Source: a virus
IMG/VR virus record: IMGVR_UViG_3300020429_000529
Coordinates: 262,762-326,761 of that record
Reading direction: 5' to 3' (one strand)
DNA length: 64,000 nt
Shown: piece by piece, positions 53,635 through 62,950 of the stretch
How positions within the stretch are numbered: the first letter of the stretch is position 1
Layout of the letters: every line of letters begins with the position of its first letter
The notes under the pieces: model-generated
The model's database searches: none
The model's input: the letters and a program-made list of their open reading frames with translations, nothing else
What the model was told of the DNA's origin: nothing
Program-made: the position numbers and the translations under genes

Positions 53635-54615
53635 ATGCCAAACAGAAAGCCCATTCTAAGCATCAAGAACCTCAGCCAATGGTTCGGCGATGTTCATGTT
53701 CTTGACAACCTGAACATTGACATCTATCCCGGAGAAATTGTTGCCCTTGTTGGACCAAGCGGTTGCGGCAAGTCTACGGTCCTCAACTGTATCACGGGGA
53801 CGTTACGGCCTAAGCGCGGCGAGGTCGTCCTTAGAGAGGCTGACGGCTCTCTCGTAAGCGTCAAGGGGCCGAGCCGAAGCCTTGGGCGAGTCTATCAGAA
53901 CTACTCGCTGTACCCCTTCTGGTCCGCTCGCAAGAATGTCGCCGCTGGACCGATGTTCAGAGAATCCAATCCCATCACCCGATGGACAGGGCATCCTTCC
54001 CTCAAAACCGGATGGAGAGGCGGTATTTGGTGGTGGTGGAAGGCCCGCAAGCGGCACCTTCTTCAAGCCGACCAGGAACTTGCTCGTCTTGGCCTTGGGG
54101 GACATGAGCGAAAGCTACCCAAACAACTCTCAGGCGGGCAGCAACAGCGAGTCGCAATTGCTCAAGCGCTTATCAACAAGCCAAGGGTTCTCCTGATGGA
54201 TGAGCCTTTCGGCGCTCTTGATGAAGCGACCCGAGAAAGGGAGCAGAAGTTTCTTCTGTCTCTCTACCTTGAGAACAAACGGGCTATTGCCGCTGGTCAA
54301 GAGCCTCCGAATACTGTCATCATCGTGACGCATGAGTTGAGCGAGGCAATCTATGTCGGCTCTCGCATCATTGGACTCAGCCAATGGAGAGATTCGAACG
54401 GAGACGGAGAGAGAACCGAGCATCCGAACGGTGCTGCCGTTCTACTCGACGAACCGTGTCCCATCTTTGATCCTCATGACACAAAGGACAAAGATGCTTT
54501 TATTGACCTGAGTCATCGCATTCTCGATGAGGTTTACGAGCCCAAGGAAGCGAACATGGTCAAGGATCTGCAAGAGACTCGTAAGCAGGTCAGCAGGATG
54601 GATGCCGAGTCATGA
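53635..54615 (+). CDS. ABC transporter ATP-binding protein
   Basis: Walker A GPSGCGKST; signature LSGGQQQR; Walker B VLLMDEP. Confidence 0.75.
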   Translation: MPNRKPILSIKNLSQWFGDVHVLDNLNIDIYPGEIVALVGPSGCGKSTVLNCITGTLRPKRGEVVLREADGSLVSVKGPSRSLGRVYQNYSLYPFWSARKNVAAGPMFRESNPITRWTGHPSLKTGWRGGIWWWWKARKRHLLQADQELARLGLGGHERKLPKQLSGGQQQRVAIAQALINKPRVLLMDEPFGALDEATREREQKFLLSLYLENKRAIAAGQEPPNTVIIVTHELSEAIYVGSRIIGLSQWRDSNGDGERTEHPNGAAVLLDEPCPIFDPHDTKDKDAFIDLSHRILDEVYEPKEANMVKDLQETRKQVSRMDAES

Positions 54616-54977
54616 GACCCGATGAAGTCGAAGTCGGTCAAGAGGTATGGATCAAGAACCCATGGGTTGATTCCATGGGCAACAACCCCATGCTTCCAAT
54701 CCTGAAAGGAAAGATCGAACAGATCAATGAAGCCAACGCCAGAAGAGCGTGTTGGGTATCAGGCGTCAACAGGTGGCTCTATCCCGAAGCCCTGCATCGA
54801 ACAAGGGAAGAAGCGGATAGCGTGCCTGCGGCAACTGTACCTGCGTATTCTTTCGTAGCAACAGTCAACGCCAATGTTGATAATGAAAAGTTGACTGATG
54901 CGGAGTTCAGAGAGTTCGTTCGCAATTCGCTACCGCTGGTCAGAGAGCTATTCGTGGAGCCTCTGTCGTCGGTATAA
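54612..54977 (+). CDS. hypothetical protein
   Basis: 121-aa ORF overlapping the upstream stop. Confidence 0.4.
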   Translation: MRPDEVEVGQEVWIKNPWVDSMGNNPMLPILKGKIEQINEANARRACWVSGVNRWLYPEALHRTREEADSVPAATVPAYSFVATVNANVDNEKLTDAEFREFVRNSLPLVRELFVEPLSSV

Positions 54978-54998
54978 GCATTCGGAGTTGTAGCCATC

Positions 54999-56219
54999 AT
55001 GCAGTTTGCTTTCGATGGAATCGATATCGCCAAGCCGTCTAATCTTCGTCGCATGAACCTCAACCGAGACGAAATTGATCGTCTGCGCATGTTTTGTTCA
55101 TCGGAGGAACTCCGATTCATCCCGCATCCTGCTTTTGAGTCGGGCACCGAGTTCCCCGACCCTATGCCAGAGTACCATCCGGACATTACCTGGTTTGTGA
55201 ATCTTGTTTCTTCGGATGCAACTGATGTCCACAGAGTTCGCCCTCCTGTGGATATTATTCGTTTGACTGCTGCTGAAGAGGACATGCTCTTTAGCCGGTA
55301 CAACTTCCATCGACGCCGACTGTATCTTGTTCAGGAAGAATGGATCAAGAACGGTCGCAGAAGCATGTTGATTCGAGACATTCGAGCGATTCTCCATGAC
55401 ATGCTTATGGTTGAACAGATCGAGGAGCGAATCTCGCATTTCAACCTGGGACTCTGCGTTGCGATGGCGAAGAAGATTCGACGAGAGGGCGACTACGAAA
55501 CGATGTCTGAGTTGTGGAGCGAATGCAACATCGCTCTTCTTCGGGCGATCAGAGGATTCGATTCCAGTCGAGGTTTCAAGTTCAGCACCTACGCTTGTCG
55601 AGCCATGCTCAAGGCCATGAGCAGAGAAAGGCAGCGCAACGCCAAGCATCGCAGCAGGTTTATCCCCGCTTCGTGCTTTGGCAGAGAAGGCTCTGATGCC
55701 GAAGAGCGTCATGCCTTCATGAATGCCATGGGCGAGTCTCCTGATGAGTTAGGCGATATCGTTGACTCGAATCATGATTCCTTCATTCACGATCAGGTTC
55801 AATTCCTTCTAACCAATCGCCTTGATTTCGGTCCTGAGCATTCTCTGACCGATCAAGAGAGAACTGCTATCCTTCACAGGTTTGATCCTAATGGAGGTAG
55901 CGGTATGCAGGGGCTCGTGACGCTTGAGAACATCGGCGAGATCATGGGCGTTACGAAGGAACGAGTCAGGCAAGTTATCAACAGCGGACTTTCCAAGATC
56001 CGCGACATCATCATGCACTTTGACCCGACTTCTGATTTTGAACTCGAAATTCCGCCCAAGCAGGAAGAAATCTCTGACGAAGATGATGTCAGAAGCGTCT
56101 TTACTGTTGTGGCGACAAACCAGGAGCCTTACGATGACGGATCTCTCGCTGCCACAGTTACACAAGACGATGATTTCGGAGTTTCAATGCTCGGGATGCT
56201 CTCGGGGGTTGAATCCTGA
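54999..56219 (+). CDS. sigma-70 family RNA polymerase sigma factor
   Basis: Region 2 RGFKFSTYACRAMLKAM; region 4 HTH LVTLENIGEIMGVTKERVRQVINSGLSKIR. Confidence 0.7.
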   Translation: MQFAFDGIDIAKPSNLRRMNLNRDEIDRLRMFCSSEELRFIPHPAFESGTEFPDPMPEYHPDITWFVNLVSSDATDVHRVRPPVDIIRLTAAEEDMLFSRYNFHRRRLYLVQEEWIKNGRRSMLIRDIRAILHDMLMVEQIEERISHFNLGLCVAMAKKIRREGDYETMSELWSECNIALLRAIRGFDSSRGFKFSTYACRAMLKAMSRERQRNAKHRSRFIPASCFGREGSDAEERHAFMNAMGESPDELGDIVDSNHDSFIHDQVQFLLTNRLDFGPEHSLTDQERTAILHRFDPNGGSGMQGLVTLENIGEIMGVTKERVRQVINSGLSKIRDIIMHFDPTSDFELEIPPKQEEISDEDDVRSVFTVVATNQEPYDDGSLAATVTQDDDFGVSMLGMLSGVES

Positions 56220-56726
56220 CGAGTGCGACAGCTTCAAGTACCATAAGCATGATGAAGGCAATGCTGGTTTCGGTTGCCATAATCATTCGCCTGGTACTAT
56301 GCTCGCTGGCGTGATTGTTACGGGAGGGAAGCAGGCGATTCAGAATGTCGTTCTTGGCTTGCCCAAGGGCTTCGATCGTTGCGGCCCTGTCGATTTCAAC
56401 AAGCAAGGCGTTTTCGTTCGCTTGTTCGACAGCACCGATCAGCTTGAGGGTCATTGGAACGAACTGAATATCCCCGTTTGGGCGATGGAGCGGGACGGCT
56501 TTTTGTTCGTTCGGACCTACATGCCTCGCATCAATACCTGCTATGTCGATGTCATTCACAACGGCAGCAGGGAAGCTCTTGTTCCGAGCGCTGTTGATGT
56601 CGGCGTTTTTGCCGATCAGATCGATTGAAAATTCGTCATGGCTTGCAGGTGCCGTATTTACTCGGTACACTAAAGATGAGCCCAAGCAGGCACTTCACCC
56701 GAAACGCCCGAAACGGAGGCAATCCA

Positions 56727-57299
56727 ATGACAGCATGTACGAGTCGATACACGCCCGACCAGGCAATCAATGCCGTCTGGCATCACTACATCCAACTGGG
56801 CGGTTTGCCTGCTCTGAGCATGGATGGTCGCAAGCTGTACCACATCGATGGCAACGGCTGCGCCATCACCGTTCTCGCAACGCCCGCCATGCGAGAGATG
56901 CTCGCCCTCACAGACCACCATGTCTCGCCCGCCTGCGAGCTTTCGAACCAGAACATCAACATCGCCGAGATCATCGATGCGCCGGATTGGTGTCGAGGCA
57001 GAGTTCTTGAGTTCCTGCAGTCCATCCAGAGCGCCCACGATGCCGCTGGCGACGAGTACCGCTTGAATCTTCTGGGCGGCGAGCCGAGGGGTCTCTGCCA
57101 CGACATCTTCTGCACTCGTCTCGCCCGCGAACTGGCGAATGTCTGTCGAGAGTTCGATCTCACCAAGCTGGCGCAGGATCTCAAGCTGCGCGATCGACCT
57201 GTTCGCCGAGACATCCCTGCGAAGCAGATCATCGACGACGCTCCGAAGTTCGATGTCCAGGAGTCCGAGGCTCCGTCCGAACTCGTCGGCGCTCTCTGA
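56727..57299 (+). CDS. hypothetical protein
   Basis: aacGGAGGc SD then ATG 56727. Confidence 0.4.
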   Translation: MTACTSRYTPDQAINAVWHHYIQLGGLPALSMDGRKLYHIDGNGCAITVLATPAMREMLALTDHHVSPACELSNQNINIAEIIDAPDWCRGRVLEFLQSIQSAHDAAGDEYRLNLLGGEPRGLCHDIFCTRLARELANVCREFDLTKLAQDLKLRDRPVRRDIPAKQIIDDAPKFDVQESEAPSELVGAL

Positions 57300-57366
57300 A
57301 CAGCAAGTCGCTTCATCTCTTTTCTCCCCACGCAAGGCTTCGCCAATCGGCGGAGCCTTGTTTCTT

Positions 57367-57395
57367 TTGCAGGTGTCGTTCGTAAGCAGTAGAAT
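57367..57395 (+). promoter_or_regulatory. sigma-70-like promoter (TTGCAG-17-TAGAAT) with TTGCAGGTG motif
   Basis: ttgcag gtgtcgttcgtaagcag tagaat upstream of GAGGG-GTG 57430. Confidence 0.5.
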
Positions 57396-57429
57396 GAAGG
57401 CGGCTCTGCCAAGATAGCGAGGGTTACAG

Positions 57430-58110
57430 GTGTACGACCTATTCTTTGACGGATACGCTTCAGTTTTCTCTGTACCAGCAATGCTGGCAACGTTTTTCTT
57501 GGGCATCAAGTTCGTCTTGATGATGACGGGCGGCTCGGAAGACGGTAGCGAAATTGATGCGGATGGCGTTGATATCGATGTTGACGCCGACGTTGATGTA
57601 GATGCTGGCGATATCGATGCGGATGCGGCTGAGATCGATCATGACTCGGCTGAGTTTACCTCCAAGAGCCACAGCCACAACAAACAGGCTCGTCCATCGG
57701 GTTTCAAGCTGCTGACGACCATGACGCTTGCCGCTGCCATTATGGGAGGCGGCTTTGCTGGTCTCGCAACTTTCCGCTCAACAGGAGATAACCTGTTTGC
57801 GGCAATCATCGCTGCTGGCATCTTCGGGTTCATCTTCATGTTTACCTTCGCATGGCTCATGCGATTCATCTTTACCTTGAGCGAGCATGGAACCATCACG
57901 GTTGGCGATGCTTTGTATGAGACTGCTGTTGTCTACATTTCTGTACCTGGCAAAAGAGGCGGCAGAGGCGAAGTCAAGGTTCTCGTAAACGGACGTATTC
58001 GGTATTTCCGCGCCGAGACTGACGAAGAAACAATCCCTTCCGGTGAGGAAGTATACATCATCGATGACCAGCCTGCGGATGGACTGGTTATTGTTGCCCG
58101 CAAGGACTGA
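57430..58110 (+). CDS. NfeD/YqiJ-like membrane protein with OB-fold C-terminus and Asp-rich linker
   Basis: TM-acidic repeat-TM-OB fold; immediately upstream of a flotillin gene as in yqiJK. Confidence 0.6.
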   Translation: MYDLFFDGYASVFSVPAMLATFFLGIKFVLMMTGGSEDGSEIDADGVDIDVDADVDVDAGDIDADAAEIDHDSAEFTSKSHSHNKQARPSGFKLLTTMTLAAAIMGGGFAGLATFRSTGDNLFAAIIAAGIFGFIFMFTFAWLMRFIFTLSEHGTITVGDALYETAVVYISVPGKRGGRGEVKVLVNGRIRYFRAETDEETIPSGEEVYIIDDQPADGLVIVARKD

Positions 58111-58124
58111 GCAAGGAGCAAGCT

Positions 58125-59792
58125 GTGGACAAAATAATGTCTGGACCCATTCTGTGGCTGATAGTTGGAGGAGCCTTCATCGGCCTCTTCATCTTTGTGA
58201 TGATGGTCATCAAATCGCTCTACAAGCGATGCCCCTCCAACAAGGTGCTGGTCATCTATGGTAAAGTCGGCGGCGACTCTGCCAAGTGCATGCACGGCGG
58301 CGGTTCGATGATTATCCCGCTGATTCAAGACTATGCCTACCTGAGTCTTGAACCGCTCGTCATCGACATCCCTCTTGAAGGCGCGCTCTCGCTCAACAAC
58401 ATCCGAGTCAATGTTCCGTCAACCTTCACGGTCGGTATCTCAACCGAACCGACCCTCATGGCGAACGCTGCCGAGCGTCTGCTTGGTCTGAACCAGAAGC
58501 AGATTCAGGATCAGGCGCAGGACATCATTCTCGGTCAGCTTCGTCTCGTGATCGCTACCTTGTCGATTGAAGAGATCAACAAGGACCGCGAGAAGTTCAT
58601 GAATCTCGTCAACGAGAACGTGACGCAAGAGATCAACAAGGTCGGTCTCGAACTTATCAACGTCAACGTTCGAGACATCACCGACGAAAGCGGGTACATT
58701 ACCGCTATCGGTCAGCGCGCTGCCGCCGAAGCTGTCAACAAGGCCCGAGTCGAAGTCGCTGAGCAGGAGCGAGACGGCGAGATGGGCGTTGCCAAGGCGA
58801 GCCGAGAGAGGGCCGTCAAGGTCGCTGAGGAAGATTCGCTCGCTGAACAGGGCCGTAAGACCGCTGAGCAGTCGCAGCGTATTCGGCTTGCTCAGCTTGA
58901 GGCTGAGGCTGTTTCTGGCGAAGCCGAATCTCAGCGGACCCGAGAGATTGCCGTTGCTCAGAGAGAGGCTGAGACGGCTTCTGCGATGGCCGAGGCTGCT
59001 CAGTCTCGTCGTATCAAGATCGCTACCGCTGAGGCGACTGCAAGACAGGGCGAAAACGAAAGCTCTGCTCTGGTCGCCAAGTCTGACGCCGAGCTTGCCA
59101 AGACGCGAGCCGAATCGTCGCAGACTGCTGAAACGGCGCAAGCCTCGGCTCGTCGAGCGATTCTCGAAGCCGAGGCTGAGGCCGAGACTGCTCGACTCCA
59201 CAAGGAACTGGTCGTTCCCGAAGAGGCCGAGAAGAGGCGAATCGAGATTGAGGCGGAAGCCGAAGCGGAACGAGAGCGTCGTCGAGCGAAGGGCGAGGCC
59301 GATGCGATCTTCGCTCGCTACGATGCCGAAGCTCGCGGTACGCAGGCGGTGCTTGAGGCGAAGGCCGAGGGCTATCGCAAGATGATGGAGGCTTGCGCTG
59401 CGAATCCTGACATCGCTCCGACGCTGCTGCTTATCGAGCAGTTGCCGACGCTTGTTGATGCTCAGGTCCAGGCGATCTCGAACCTCAAGATCGACAAGAT
59501 CACGGTTTGGGAAGGCGGCGGCGGAGCCAACGGTCAGACCTCGACCGCCAACTTCCTCCGCAACATTGTTCAGGTTCTTCCTCCGCTAACCGATCTCGCC
59601 CGTCAGGCGGGGATCAAGCTGCCTGACGCGCTCGGTCAGATCGAGGAGATGGCGAATATGAGCATCAAGAACCCGCAGGTTGTTGATGTTGATGCCATCG
59701 ACGAAGATGAAGAAACCGGAGAAGCCGTTTCGCCGGGTTCGACGGGCAACGCGAAACTTGCTGCTACTGTCATCGGCGGCAAGGACGACTAA
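58125..59792 (+). CDS. SPFH/Band-7 flotillin-like protein (YqiK-like)
   Basis: N-terminal TM, SPFH core, long EA-rich coiled coil. Confidence 0.7.
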   Translation: MDKIMSGPILWLIVGGAFIGLFIFVMMVIKSLYKRCPSNKVLVIYGKVGGDSAKCMHGGGSMIIPLIQDYAYLSLEPLVIDIPLEGALSLNNIRVNVPSTFTVGISTEPTLMANAAERLLGLNQKQIQDQAQDIILGQLRLVIATLSIEEINKDREKFMNLVNENVTQEINKVGLELINVNVRDITDESGYITAIGQRAAAEAVNKARVEVAEQERDGEMGVAKASRERAVKVAEEDSLAEQGRKTAEQSQRIRLAQLEAEAVSGEAESQRTREIAVAQREAETASAMAEAAQSRRIKIATAEATARQGENESSALVAKSDAELAKTRAESSQTAETAQASARRAILEAEAEAETARLHKELVVPEEAEKRRIEIEAEAEAERERRRAKGEADAIFARYDAEARGTQAVLEAKAEGYRKMMEACAANPDIAPTLLLIEQLPTLVDAQVQAISNLKIDKITVWEGGGGANGQTSTANFLRNIVQVLPPLTDLARQAGIKLPDALGQIEEMANMSIKNPQVVDVDAIDEDEETGEAVSPGSTGNAKLAATVIGGKDD

Positions 59793-59811
59793 GACTTTCT
59801 TTCGCAAGCGT

Positions 59812-59836
59812 CCCTCAACCGAGGGGCGTTTGTTTT
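59812..59836 (+). terminator. rho-independent terminator after the flotillin gene
   Basis: CCCTC-aacc-GAGGG then cgtttgtttt. Confidence 0.6.
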
Positions 59837-59837
59837 A

Positions 59838-60176
59838 ATGAACGCAAATCGCATGAAGATTCTAACCGAAGCGCTTAGGTCGGGTCGCTTTAAGCAATCT
59901 CAAGATCCTGAGATTCTAAATGAGAGATGCGACGATCCTGAGCAGTGCTGCGTCGGTGGAGTAGTCTTGAATCTTTTACAGGATTATGGACTGACTCGCA
60001 AGCCTATATGCGCAAGAAAATGGCTTGGCATGAGCGAAGCAGAAATAAGTCGATTTGCCGCATGGACAAGTCAAATGAACCTGCTAAAAACGTTCGATGA
60101 AATCGCAGATTTGATCGATGACGAGGTTCAGAAGCAGACCACTGACAGCGGATTCGCTATGGTATGGAGACCATGA
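59838..60176 (+). CDS. hypothetical protein
   Basis: 112-aa ORF. Confidence 0.4.
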   Translation: MNANRMKILTEALRSGRFKQSQDPEILNERCDDPEQCCVGGVVLNLLQDYGLTRKPICARKWLGMSEAEISRFAAWTSQMNLLKTFDEIADLIDDEVQKQTTDSGFAMVWRP

Positions 60177-61153
60177 TTCGTTACGGCCTTTGCTGCATCT
60201 CGAACGAGCTTCAACGCCAAGGCTCGAAGTTCCAGACAATGACCTTCAAGCGATTCAGCGCGCTTGATCGAGATGAAGCTGTCGCAACGCTCTGCGGACG
60301 GTACGCCAACAATCTCCGAGTCATCAGCGCCATTCTTGACCAATGCGCCGAGCATGGCTGGATCTATCGAGCTTCATCCGATATTTTTCCGCTGATGACT
60401 CATCCTGACTCTGGCCTCGTCTACGACGACCTGCCTAATGCTGCTGAACTCGATGCTCTGTTCGCAGAGTGCGCCGATAAGATCAGCAGGCACGGTATCC
60501 GAGTCTCTTGTCATCCAGATCAGTTCAATGTCCTCGCTTCCAAGAATGATCGGGCGGTCGAAAACACGATCCGAGAACTCGATCATCATGGTTGGTTCAT
60601 GGACAAGATCGGCGCTCCTCGGAGCTATGAAGCTCCCATCAACATCCATGTCAACTGCTCAAGCGACTCGCCCGAAGTCGTTGCTCGTCGCTTCGCCAGA
60701 AACCTCGCTCGCTGCTCTGAGGCTGTCCGTAGCCGCTTGGCCGTCGAGAACGAAGACAAGGGCATCTGGACCGCCGAAGCCCTCTGCGGCGTCCTCTCGC
60801 TCGAAGCGAACGTTCCTGTCACCTTCGACAATCTCCATCATGCCTGCAATCCCGGCAGCATCAGCGAACAGGCGGCTTTTGAGCTATGCTACCTGACTTG
60901 GCTGCATTATGGAGATATCGTTCCTCTCTTTCATTACTGCGAGGCGCTACCAGACCAGCCCAACCCTCGCAAGCATGCAGAGATGCCTGTTGGCTATCCG
61001 AACAACTACGGCATGCCCGTTGACTTCGATATTGAACTCAAGGGCAAGGACGATGCTATCAAGCAGCTTGAGATCAATGTCGCTCCTGTCCGGGAAGAGC
61101 AACGGGCGAGGGCCGCTGAGTTTGTCCGCCAGGCAGAAAGCATTGGAATATGA
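60164..61153 (+). CDS. uvdE: UV damage endonuclease (UvdE/UvsE family)
   Basis: MIRYGLCCISNEL N-terminus and TIM-barrel endonuclease-like length and pattern. Confidence 0.6.
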   Translation: METMIRYGLCCISNELQRQGSKFQTMTFKRFSALDRDEAVATLCGRYANNLRVISAILDQCAEHGWIYRASSDIFPLMTHPDSGLVYDDLPNAAELDALFAECADKISRHGIRVSCHPDQFNVLASKNDRAVENTIRELDHHGWFMDKIGAPRSYEAPINIHVNCSSDSPEVVARRFARNLARCSEAVRSRLAVENEDKGIWTAEALCGVLSLEANVPVTFDNLHHACNPGSISEQAAFELCYLTWLHYGDIVPLFHYCEALPDQPNPRKHAEMPVGYPNNYGMPVDFDIELKGKDDAIKQLEINVAPVREEQRARAAEFVRQAESIGI

Positions 61154-61659
61154 CGAAGATCGCTGTATATGCTGGTAGCTTTGATCCGCCTACGAACGGT
61201 CATCTTTGGATGATCGAGCAGGGCTCCAAGATGTTCGATCAACTGATCGTCGCTGTCGCTGTCAATCCAGAGAAGAAGTATTCCTTCGACATCGACCAGC
61301 GATTCGATTGGCTACAAGAGATTGTTGGACCCTTTGCTACTCATTACGGCGCAGAACTCTGCACGATCGGAGACTCGTTTCTGGTTGATTTCGCGCAGCA
61401 GATGAAAGCCTCATACATACTGCGAGGTATCCGAAACGAAGGCGACTTCCTTTATGAGCGAAGCATGAGGAATGTCAACGGAGACCTGCATCCTGACATA
61501 CAGACGGTCTTCCTGATGCCTCCCCGAAACCTATGCGAGATTTCTTCCAGTCTCGTCAAGGGCCTTGTTGGACCGAGGGGCTGGCAGAGAATTGTCCGAA
61601 ATTACGTCCCAGAATGCGTTTTCAGGGGCCTTGAAAAGGCTGCCGAAACCGACCACTGA
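61150..61659 (+). CDS. coaD: phosphopantetheine adenylyltransferase
   Basis: IAVYAGSFDPPTNGH, RGIRN, ISSSLVKG motifs. Confidence 0.8.
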   Translation: MTKIAVYAGSFDPPTNGHLWMIEQGSKMFDQLIVAVAVNPEKKYSFDIDQRFDWLQEIVGPFATHYGAELCTIGDSFLVDFAQQMKASYILRGIRNEGDFLYERSMRNVNGDLHPDIQTVFLMPPRNLCEISSSLVKGLVGPRGWQRIVRNYVPECVFRGLEKAAETDH

Positions 61660-61677
61660 CGGCTCCATCAGGATATC

Positions 61678-62907
61678 ATGGGTATGGGTAGCGAAGACAA
61701 AGTTCGGATCGCATCGGATTTTGCGACGTTTCCGTTCCGCCTGATGTCGCAGAATGCGCCTATCAACTGGGGACAAGGAGCAGAGCCGCAGATCCAACTG
61801 CGCCAGAAGGATGTAAATCTTCGTCTTGCTGAAGACCTGCTAAAGAGCAATGCTCCGATCCTCTACGCTGATGATGTTCTTCTGACCCACAGCGTCGAAG
61901 GCAAGGATCGTATCGATCTTCGCAAGATCCGAGACATCCCCACCGCTGTACCAGCATTCGACCGCATGTTCATCGAAGTCGATATCAGCGACAACATCGC
62001 CGAGACTGTCGATGCGCTCGCCGGATATGTCGTCAGCGACCCGTTCAACAGAGAGTTGACCGAGAAGCTGAGAGACACGATCTACTCTCATGCGAACAAG
62101 CTGAACAGCCGCAACATACCTGTTACCGAGGATGACATCAAAGGCATTGATGTCGAGAAGGCGGAAGGGAACGGCGACGACTCGATTGAGGAGTTGCAAA
62201 AGCTCTTTGCCGGATTCCGTATCCCCAAGTGGATTTTCCGCGCAGGTCCGATCGACAAGGAAAGCATTCCGATCATCGAGACCGCTCGCTTCATTGCCAT
62301 CTACCCGTATATCTATGGTCATCATATCAGCGACGACCGAGGCTCTCAATGCATCGGTCCTGTTGGATGCGTCTACTACATGGTCGATCCCAATAAGGGA
62401 CTCGTCCGCTCTCCCAATGGCGAGCCTTTCATGTTCTGGCTCGACCCGACAGAGGCCAATGAAGAGACGCACTACATCGAAAAGAATGCTGAGTATTTCC
62501 GAGACTGCGTAGAAACTGCGGCGGCTGTCTGTCTGCGATCCATGGCGCTGCTCAACTGCTCGAACGTCGAGATTGTCAAGACCGGCGAAACGAGCGAGGG
62601 CGGCAAGAAGGCGAGACAAGCTCGCCGCAAGCACGGCGGTCATCATCGAGGCGGCTTGAAGCACCATGAGCTTCGGGTCAAGGTCGGCAAGCAGTTGATC
62701 CGAGTCTCTGGCGACAAGGATTCGACAGGAGGCAGAGCCCTCGGTATGGTCCGCGGGCACTTCCGAGACTACAGTAGGGGCAAGGGCCTCTTTGGGCAGT
62801 TCAAGTATCCAGCGGTATGGGTTCCTCCCCATGCCCGAGGCAATGCAGAAAATGGCGTAGTCACCGCAGACTACGTTTTGACAGAAGGCAATAATGAAGA
62901 TTCATAG
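61678..62907 (+). CDS. hypothetical protein (409 aa)
   Basis: Long ORF; His/Arg-rich segment near the C-terminus. Confidence 0.45.
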   Translation: MGMGSEDKVRIASDFATFPFRLMSQNAPINWGQGAEPQIQLRQKDVNLRLAEDLLKSNAPILYADDVLLTHSVEGKDRIDLRKIRDIPTAVPAFDRMFIEVDISDNIAETVDALAGYVVSDPFNRELTEKLRDTIYSHANKLNSRNIPVTEDDIKGIDVEKAEGNGDDSIEELQKLFAGFRIPKWIFRAGPIDKESIPIIETARFIAIYPYIYGHHISDDRGSQCIGPVGCVYYMVDPNKGLVRSPNGEPFMFWLDPTEANEETHYIEKNAEYFRDCVETAAAVCLRSMALLNCSNVEIVKTGETSEGGKKARQARRKHGGHHRGGLKHHELRVKVGKQLIRVSGDKDSTGGRALGMVRGHFRDYSRGKGLFGQFKYPAVWVPPHARGNAENGVVTADYVLTEGNNEDS

Positions 62908-62950
62908 CAGATCTGGTAAACAGCAGTCAACTGTTCAAGACCGTCCGACG

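Noticed and set aside
57540-57660. Asp-codon repeat DNA (gatatcgatg.../gatgcggat...) as a non-coding repeat or regulatory element
   Set aside because: It lies in frame within the NfeD-like CDS and encodes a D-rich acidic linker (DADGVDIDVDADVDVDAGDIDADAAEID).
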